A stretch of DNA of 64,000 nucleotides from Octopus vulgaris. Taxonomy: Eukaryota. The notes under the pieces are model-generated. The model was not told the origin of the DNA. It ran no database searches and saw nothing but the letters and a program-made list of their open reading frames with translations. The translations under genes were made by a program, and so were the position numbers. The DNA is taken from the NCBI GenBank assembly GCA_951406725.2, contig OX597819.1:88102001-88166000 (forward strand). Reading direction: 5' to 3'. Numbering within the stretch: position 1 is the stretch's first letter; every line of letters begins with the position of its first letter. Of this stretch, positions 54,787 to 64,000 are shown in pieces.

Positions 54787-55902
54787 GTGTGTGTGTGTTT
54801 GTGTCTGTTTTGTCCCCCCACCCCCACCACGTGATAATTGGTGTTGGTGTGTTTACACTACTATAACTTAGTGTGGTAAAATAGACCAATAGAGTAAGTA
54901 CCAGGCATAAAAAAATAAGTACTGGCATCAATTCATTTGATTGAAATTCTTCAAGGATGTGCTCCAGCATGGCCACAGTCCAATGATTGAAACAAGTGAA
55001 AGACAAAAAATAAATGATAATAGTAAAAACCTAACTTAAATTTCATAAAATATGTTCTCAACATCTTTTGTAATTTCCCTAAATATTAGCATAGTTGGCA
55101 TTAATCCATGTAAATATGTGAAAGATGACACATACTTGATGGATTAGAATTAGAAAATATATGTAATAATCCACTGAACAAAATTAGCTTATATCTGTGA
55201 AAATGATAATCTACTGTTTTTGTTTTTTTTCACAGAAAGGTGATCTCTTTAAACATCATTTAGTGAAAGGAACCACTGAGTTAGAAAAGGTCAAGAATCA
55301 TTGATTTAGATTCTTCAGAACTATTCTTCGAAGGTGCATGGCTAAGTGGTTAATGTATCAAGCTTACGATCATGAGGTTGTAAGCTCAAATCCCAAACCG
55401 GGCTGCATGTTGTGTTCTTGAGCAAGACATCTATTTCACGTTGCTCCAGTTCACTCAGCTGTAGAAATGAGTTGCGATGTCACAGGTGCCAAGCTGTATC
55501 GGCCGGCCGTTGCCTTTCCCTTGGATAACACTTGTGGCATGGAGAGGGGAGGCCGGTATGCATGGGCGACTGCTGGTCTTCCATAAACAACCTTGTCCAG
55601 ACTTGTGCCTAGGAGGGTAACTTTCTAGGTGCAATCCCATGGTCTATGTCATGACTGAAGGGGGTCTCAGAATTCTTCAGAACCTATATTCTTCAAAGCT
55701 TATATTGTTTACTACATAACCTATATTCATTTCCTAGTAGTGAGGATTTTTGCTATGTGAATCTTGGTTTTAGAATAGGTACACTGTATCCCTGTGTGTG
55801 ATATTAACTAAGAGGGTTGGTAACACTAAGGATATCTAGCAGTAAAATACTATTACAAAATCCTATCCAGTCTATGCCAGCATGGACAAGCAAGCATAAA
55901 CC

Positions 55903-55907
55903 GATGG

Positions 55908-55964
<57 letters not shown>

Positions 55965-55965
55965 C

Positions 55966-56024
<59 letters not shown>

Positions 56025-56086
56025 CGACGACGATGATGACGACGACGATGATGGCAATGATGATGACGATGATGATGATGATGATA

Positions 56087-56119
<33 letters not shown>

Positions 56120-56173
56120 GTGGTGGTGGTGGTGGTGGTGGTGGTGGTGGTGGTGGTAGTGGTGATGATGATG
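55903..56173. repeat. (ATG)n/(GTG)n trinucleotide tract
   Basis: Direct reading. It follows a decayed LINE 3' end (CCAGCATGGA), so it is probably an expanded tail. Confidence 0.95.
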
Positions 56174-56415
56174 AAGGACATATAAAGGTGGACAGGAGAG
56201 CATATGATAATTTGAGAGAGATGAAAACACTGCACAAGAACTTCTAACTTTGTTGGCCATGATAGATAGGCTTCTCTGTTTTTTTTTGTTTTGTTTTTTT
56301 TTTTTTATTTGTTTTTACCTTGAATGAAAGTAGTCAGTATTGAATGTGTGTAAGAAGTTTGATGGAGTATGGCAGTAAAAGATTGGAAAGAGAATGCAGT
56401 AAAAACCAGCAGGAA

Positions 56416-56467
<52 letters not shown>

Positions 56468-56913
56468 GGAGAGATATGATTAACTTGATATACAATCTAA
56501 TCTTGCAAGATACTGTTGAATGAAAGTGACTGCGCAGGAAAAAGTATTAGCAACTGCACGAAGGAGAAAGAAAGAAGGAAAGAAAGAAGGAAAGAAGGAA
56601 AGAAAGAGGGAGGGCGGGGAAGAGATTATTTGCTAGACTATTGATATAGTCATACGAAGTGAGAGATAATGATGCATGTGGAGTTGAAAGATGCCTTGAG
56701 TTGATGGTAAAAAGCCTCTGTGCACGAGATCCTGAAAATATTTATTCAGTAGCATTATTATTCTGTTAAATTTTAAAACTGTATATATATAATAATAAAA
56801 AAAAATGATATTAAATTGTAGTTGTTTTTATTTTTATTTTTCTCTAAATCAAACAAATCCAAATCGATATCAAATTTTCTATTAAAGTGAAACTCTCTAA
56901 TCCCTCTCTCTTC

Positions 56914-56954
<41 letters not shown>

Positions 56955-56959
56955 ATCTA

Positions 56960-57060
<101 letters not shown>

Positions 57061-57127
57061 CTTCAATCATCATCTGCAGTAACTTCAACAACCACTTCTT
57101 GCTGAGTCTACTCAATCATAGCTGACT

Positions 57128-57495
57128 TGGTTGTGGTGGTGGTGGTGGCGGCAGTGGTGGTGGCGGTGGTGGTGGTGGTGGTGGTGGTAGTGGTGGTGGT
57201 GGAGGTGGAGGTGGTGGTGGTAGTGGTGGTGGTGGTGGTGGTGGTGGTGGTGGTAGTGGTAGTGGTGGTGGTGGTGGTGGAGGTGGTGGTGGTAGTGGTG
57301 GTGGTGGTGGCGGTAGTGGTAGTGCTATTGGTGGTGGTGGTAGTGGTGGAGGTGGTGGTGGTGGTAATGGTGGTGGTGGTAGTGGTAGTGGTAGTGGTGG
57401 AGGTGGTGGTGGTAGTGGTGGTAGTGGTGGTGGTGGTGGTAGGTGGTGGTGGTTGTGGTGGTTGGTGGTTGTAGTGGTTGGTGGTGGTGGTGGTA
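57128..57495. repeat. (GGT)n trinucleotide tract
   Basis: Direct reading. Confidence 0.95.
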
Positions 57496-58375
57496 GAGAT
57501 GCTATACAACAACAACAACAACAACAAAAACAGCAATAACTCCTGGCTATCTTATTTGGCCTGTAGAAACCCAGTGGAGTAGTAATTGAAACTTATGCAA
57601 TTTTCATCAGTTTACACCAATTAATCTTCTCTTCTGTTCGTTTCCAATGACTCTGGATTTTCTTTCCCCGTTCACTGTTAATGATGTCATCCATTGTTTC
57701 AACGCCTTATAGGAGTAGTAGCAGATCAGTGCTTCCTTACCTTATCTCTCTTTGCATTAAATTATCCACTATTCTACGCAATCTCTGGCTATTGTTTAAA
57801 CCCCAGGTCAACTCTCATCAAGCAGACATATAATCAAAGACATTCCGGCCTTGACCATCACATTTTCTTTTCTTTTTTTTGTTCTGTATAGTTGGCTGTG
57901 TGGTAAGAAGCTTGCTTCTGAACTACATGGTTTCAAGTTCGGTCCCACTGTGTGACATATTGGGCTAGAGTTTTCTCTTATAGCCTAGGGATTATCAAAG
58001 CCTTGTGAGTGGATTTGGTTGACAGAAACTGAAAGTAGCCTGTTGTATGTATGTATGTATGTATGTATGTATGTATGTATATATATATATACACACACAC
58101 ATATATACATATATACATATACATATACATATATATATAAATATATTTAAGGCGGCGAGCTGGCAGAAACGTTAGCATGCCAGGCGGAATGCGTAGCTGT
58201 ATTTCGTCTACCGTTACGTTCTGAGTTCAAATTCTGCTGAGGTCGACTTTGCCTTTCATCCTTTCGGGGTCGATAAATTAAGTACCAGTTACGCACTGGG
58301 GTCGATATAATCGACTTAATCCGTTTGTCTGTCCTTGTTTAGCCCCTTGTGGGTAGTAAAGAAATATATATATAA

Positions 58376-58408
<33 letters not shown>

Positions 58409-58631
58409 AGGTGCAATAGCCCAGTGGACTCACAGTCGCAGGATCGCAGTTTTAATTCCCAGACCGGGTGTTGTGAGTGTTTATTGAGCGAAAACACCTA
58501 AATCTCCATGAGGTTCCAGCAGGGTGTGGTGGTGATCCCTGCTGTACTATTTCACTGTAATGTCAATATATCCTTATAAAAAAAACAAGGCTTGTTTCTT
58601 TGTATGTTCACCGCTGAAAATACTACATAAT

Positions 58632-59128
58632 CCGTAAATCCTTGAGTATAGTCCGCCCTTGAGTATAATATGCAGGGGAATTTTAGGGGGCTGTACCTCT
58701 GAAAAACCTAAACCTTGTGTATAATATGCACACCCTTCTCTAACTTGAGTCAAGGAGGTCTATATAATGTCCTTGGTTTGTAAAAATGTATATGGTAACG
58801 TCCTTTATTATTATTTTATATATAACATAATGCAAACGTGTAGATTTTTTGTGCATTTTGTTTGCAGAAAATACAGAAATAGCAGTAATAATGTTTAATA
58901 AATGTTGCTGCAAGTTATAGATGATTCTTTTATGACTTCATTGATTTCAGGCTTAGCTTAAGGTATTTTTGTGCCCGACATCACAAAATGTGCCTGAATA
59001 AACATTGCCGGACAGCAAATAATGCTTAGAAAATCATTTTCATTTTTAACCTTGTATATAGTACACACTAGGGATTTTGACCTTTAAATTTTGGGAAAAA
59101 GAATGCGATTATACTCGAGGATTTATGG
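58632..59128. mobile_element. Tc1/mariner-pogo-like non-autonomous element
   Basis: TIRs CCGTAAATCCTTGAGTATAGTCCGC / GCGATTATACTCGAGGATTTATGG|TA. Confidence 0.8.
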
Positions 59129-59669
59129 TAAAAAGCAAAATTCTTTGCTTATGTTATAATGTGGATCTTCGTCCAGTTGTATGTTATTGTCCATCATTGA
59201 GTCCATTACTTGTTAGAATATGGCAGGTGCCACTTTCACTCCAAAAGGAGCCGCTTGAATTTATACAATCCACGGTGTGTGTTGATTGTTAAAAGGTGTG
59301 CGCAATCTTCCTCTCTCTGTATCTGTAGATAGGCCTCTGAATTTTTCCTCCATTTAGTTTTGAGAACACTTCTCCTGGGCTTGGTAATGGATAATCGTGT
59401 TTGACTAAACAGTCATTTAATCCAGTTGAAAAGTCCACACACGCTCTTAGTTTATTGTGGGTTTTTTTTACATAAAATGTTGGAGCTGCCCAGTCTGAAT
59501 GGTTGACTTTTTCAATTATAGCTAGACTTTCTAGTCTTTCTAGCCCCTTATTGATGTGGTCTAATGCCACAAAAGCACGGGTGTTGCTTTTCTTTTACCA
59601 CGATCCTCACTTTTGTTTTAGTGCAACAGCCTAATCCTTCCAAAAAAACATTTTTCTTTTTTTTCTTTT

Positions 59670-60069
59670 ATTCTTTCACTTGTTTCAGTCATTTGTCTGC
59701 CGCCATGCTGGAGCACCACCTTTAGTTGAATCAAATCGACTCCAGGACTTATTCTTTGTAAGCCTAGCACTTATTCTATCAGTCCCTTTTGCCGAACTGG
59801 TAAGTTACTGGGACCTAAACACACCAGCATCAGTTGTCAAGCGATGTTGGGGTTACAAGCACAGATACACAGCATATACACACACACACATATATATACA
59901 TATATACGATGGGCTTCTTTCAGTTTCTGTCTACCAAATCCACTCACAAGGTTTTGGTTGGCCCGATGCTATAGTAGAAAACACTTGCCCAAGTTGCCAT
60001 GCAGTGGGACTAAACCCGGAACCATGTGGTTGGTAAGCAAGCTACTTACAACACAGCCATTCCTGTACC
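59670..60069 (-). mobile_element. Major-family SINE inserted in the Gypsy pol region
   Basis: Full family match lying between the protease and RT segments. Confidence 0.88.
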
Positions 60070-61511
60070 TATCTGGAAACATATTTTTAATTTTTTGCCT
60101 CAGTTGTTTGACTTCATTCAAGCTTTTAACCATGCTAACTATATTTTCACAGAGGACACTAATGGGGGTATTAAATAACTCCATGCATTCTGTGCCAAAT
60201 AGGTTTAGTGATTTTTTTCAACCCATAAATGATTGTCCTTTTCATTTCACCTTGAAAAGTAACATTGAAAATACATTCACTGATGAAATATAATTTCTTT
60301 CCTGTGACACCATATACTACTTTATTTGATTTAAATAATTTCATCTTACTGATTTGTTGCCACGTTTTTTCATTTATAATAGTGATGTCTAATTGTATTT
60401 TGACACTTGTGGTTTTGATTCTCACCTTGATTAATTTTCTGTTTGTTGTACAAACTTTATTCTCTGACGACAAACTATATATCTTTTTCTCGTTTGGTCC
60501 AATTTTTCGTCATCTTAGTTCTATAGTGCGATTTAATGTGTCCTGTGTTCCCACAATGAAAGAACTTTGCTTCTTTGAACAGACACTCATTTCTCATGTG
60601 CCTACCACCACATGCCATATATGGGTTTATCTCCTGTTGTCTATCATGTATTTTGTGAGACACTTGATCCCTCTTCCAACTCTTCCACACTGGTTTTATC
60701 AGTAAACAATCTCTGTGTTGGATTTCTTCTGTGTCATGCCTTACTTTTAGTATCATATTGCACTCTCCTGACAGTTTCTGGCGAGTTATATCTAGGTTCA
60801 TTTCTAGCTCTGCGAGGATTTTCGTTCTGACTTCTGTGTCCTTTTTTAGCAGTAAGTCCCTGAGCAAAAATCAGGCACTTGAATGAGTTTGGAGTTAGTT
60901 TATCCAGTTTAAATCCCTTGCATGCTCTGTTCACTCTACCGGCACATGTGGTAAAGTCTTTGTCATCACTTTTCTCAGTGTTCAAAGACTTCCACGTGTT
61001 GAATAATCATGTTTTTTCAATGAGCATCTTAAATAAAATGCCAATTGTGTCTGTGAAATTTATGTCAGAAACTTTTTTAGTTACAGTATTTCTCATGCTC
61101 TGTCATTGCCAGTTCCCTCAGAATTAGATGCATTTTCACTTCATCTGTCCAGCCTTGGCATTCTTTTTTGAAAATTTGTTCAAATCTTTGGTAACATACC
61201 CCAAAGGTGATTCCTTCTTCTTCATATCTAAATTCATTTATTGAATTTGCTACATGGGCTGGTGAAAATGTATTTTCCAGTTTTGTTACCAACTTCATTA
61301 CATGTAGTATTTGTTGCTGAAACATTTGTTGTTCTTGTTGTTCATTGAGTTGTTGCTATTGCTGTTTTTGTAACTCAACTAGACCCTCTAACAAGTTTTC
61401 TATAATTTTACAGATTTTTTACAAAATATGTACAATAAAAATGTTTGTTACTCTTGTATCGAGTTTTTAATTTCTCCATGTGAAAAAATTTTCAACATCA
61501 TCTGTGTGAAT

Positions 61512-61922
61512 TACTCTTTACTCTTTTACTTGTTTCAATCATTTGACTCAGGCCATGCTGGAGCACTGCCTTTAGTCAAGTAAATCGACCCCAGGACTTA
61601 GTCTTTGTAAGCCTAGTACTTATTCTATCAGTCTCTTTTGCTGAACTGCTAAGTTATGGGGGATGTAAACACACCAGCATCGGTTATCAAGCGATGTTGG
61701 GGGGACAACACACAGACACACACACGTACAAATATATATATATAAACATACATACATATATACGACAGGCTTCTTTCAGTTTCCATCTACCAAATCCACT
61801 CACAAGGCTTTGGTTGGTCCGAGACTATAGTAGAAGACATTTGCCCAAGGTGCCATGCAGTGGGACTGAACCTGGAACCATGTGGTTGGTAAACAAGCTA
61901 CTTATCACACAGCCACTCCTAC
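61512..61922 (-). mobile_element. Major-family SINE inserted in the Gypsy leader
   Basis: Full family match lying between the PBS and gag. Confidence 0.88.
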
Positions 61923-62837
61923 ATCTATGGAAAATTGTTTATTTTCTCATAAAAGAATTTTTTTTTCAATGTTGTCCATGTGAATTGTTTATATCCTCAT
62001 CACCACTGTTATAATGTGAATCCTCCTCCACTTGTATGTTACTGGCAGCACTGTAATATTCTTGTCACCATAATGTTGTTGTGGCGGTATTCCACATCTT
62101 ATCTTTGACTCGTCAATTGTGCTATCACTGATAGCTCCACAAGACAATGACTGAAAAACCTACCTTGATGGTAACTCAAACTCGTATATATTATGTAACT
62201 GACACTGGCTCCAACTGAGAACTCGTACAATGTCTCTACTACTACTGACCTCCTACAACGACTGATAGCCTGACTTTATAGTGGCTGTATCATACCACTT
62301 TGTCATGTGGGAAGGGGAGTACCATTTTCACTGCAACAGCTTGTTTCTATGTTGACCACTGAAAACAATTAATAAAATTGATAATATTTCATGATTTTCA
62401 TGTGATTTAAATTTATTTCATCATTCTGCAGATAATTGTGCACTTATTTTCTGAAAACAGATTGGGCTAAGTTGGTGGTATATTGGCTCCTACTTTTAGC
62501 AATCCATGTACTGTCTATTTCACCATAATGCTTTTTACAGAGTGAAAAAATACTCTACCTATCACTCAACCCACCTCCAACTTTCTTTCAATTTATACAT
62601 TACGTTTATTCCTTTGAAGTCGCCACTGAACCTTTGCTTTCTCTCTGCCTATATGTCCCTCTCTATGTCACTATCTCCCTCTCTCTTTGGTTGTATATGT
62701 TTCTCTCTCTCTTTCACTCGCGCTCTCTCTCTCTCACTACCTCTACTTCTTTTCTCTCTAGAGAAAAAAACGCATGAGAGACAGACAGACAAAGATGGTT
62801 ACGGAGAAAAAAAACAAGTGAGACTGAAGTGGGATGG

Positions 62838-63172
62838 AGGTAGCCACATCTATAAATCTATCAACAAAGTTGTTGACAAGGACGATGCAGTTCATAATCC
62901 TGTTGAATTCCTCAACAGTCTGGAACCATCCTGTATTCTGTCACGCAACCTTGAATTGAAGAAGGGTGCAGTCATCATGCTTCTCAGAAGCCTGGATCAG
63001 CCAAGATTGAGCAATGGTATACATATGGTCGTGATTTAACTAAAGCCTCACATCATCAAAGCAAAAATCCTCACTGGATGTGGTAAGGGAGACATTGTAT
63101 TTATACCTACAATACCACTAATACCAACAGATGCCCCCTTTCATTTCAGACAATTGCAATTACCAACAAGAT
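62838..63172 (+). pseudogene. Helitron PIF1-like helicase fragment
   Basis: PVEFLNSLEPS...LELKKGAVIMLLRSLDQPRLSNG...*LKPHIIKAKILTGCGKGDIVFIPTIPLIPTDAPFHFRQLQLP. Confidence 0.9.
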
Positions 63173-63876
63173 TGCCGAAAATTGAAGAAAATATCTTACA
63201 AATATCTTACAAACTACAGAATTTTCTCAAGAAAGCCAAGAGAAAAAGATGTTTTATAAACACATTCTACCGTTCAAAGCGAAAAGATCCCATTTTATAT
63301 TCTATCTTGAACACTTTCCTTTACCTGCTGTAAGTACTCTATACTCTTTGATTCATGCTCCCATTCTTGCTCTCTAGTGATTTGACCCTCTGCTTCTCTT
63401 TATGTCATTGCCTATACCACCTCATTCTTTCTCTTGTTAGCTTACATCGTCTGTCATCCATATTTTATGAACAAATATAAATTTTCAAGTGAGCAGATGA
63501 TAAATAATTGCACTTATGCGCATGTGTTAAGTGTATATAAGCAATATAAAAAATTTGGTTCAATTAATAAAAAAAGACTACACTTTTCACTATCCAATCA
63601 CCATCTCCACCACGATGATGACGACAAATGACCACCACCACCACCACCACCACCATTATCATAGTTTTCAGTAACAAAGCTCAATCTTAGGTTGTTTGCC
63701 AACCAAGATTATTTCATTTCAGTTTAGTTGTTTGTTTATTTACATCTATCTACTTTTTTATTGCTGTCAATACAAAGTTCAAATAACAAATTTTTTTCAA
63801 AAAATTATAAAATTCACTGCTATTTTGCAAAGTTATTTCACTTCCATAGCAAAATCTATCTTTTAATCAATAAGTT

Positions 63877-63884
63877 TATTATTA

Positions 63885-63934
<50 letters not shown>

Positions 63935-63950
63935 GTTATTATTGTTATTA

Positions 63951-64000
<50 letters not shown>
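63877..64000. repeat. (ATT)n microsatellite
   Basis: Direct reading. Confidence 0.97.

Larger units (their letters stand above)
59152..62200 (-). mobile_element. Internally deleted Ty3/Gypsy (Mag-like) LTR retrotransposon with two SINE insertions
   Basis: gag (NSINEFRY...YQRFEQIF and CCHC-like CGGRH...CGNTGHI), protease-like VKIQLD, and RT (SDWAAP..VKK...ACVDFSTGLN...YPLP; PFGVKVAPAIF). PBS-like TGGTGATGAGGAT at 62005-61993. The LTR-end repeat TGTTATAATGTG..TC..C.TCCA.TTGTATGTTA occurs at 59152 and 62007. The outer end of the 5' LTR is uncertain. Confidence 0.85.

Overview
AT-rich, microsatellite-dense animal DNA. Its SINE, LINE and MITE content looks like a coleoid cephalopod (Octopus-like) genome, and it is probably intronic or intergenic. 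No intact protein-coding gene is visible, and nearly all ORF-track entries are repeat artefacts. The main signal is positions 1-4518: about 12.5 near-identical 360-bp tandem units. Each complete unit carries a type I hammerhead ribozyme on the + strand, with a variant CCGAUGA core, a palindromic ACCAUGGU stem III, a GUC cleavage site, a UAC-bulged stem I and a ~45-bp extended stem. This fits a young retrozyme-like array predicted to yield 360-nt linear or circular RNAs. The rest of the window adds related ribozyme and retroelement context: a Penelope-like GIY-YIG remnant, three dispersed pLTR-like repeats with decayed minimal hammerheads, and an abundant ~220-bp element whose head resembles a degenerate HDV-like ribozyme and whose tail shares a 12-nt motif with the array unit. 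Also present are RTE LINE fragments, an internally deleted Mag-like Ty3/Gypsy element, Tigger and Helitron remnants, MITEs, many tRNA-derived SINEs, and a CpG-rich domain (about 22.6-33.9 kb) with a candidate minus-strand first coding exon. All family assignments come from recalled motifs and manual pairing, not database searches.
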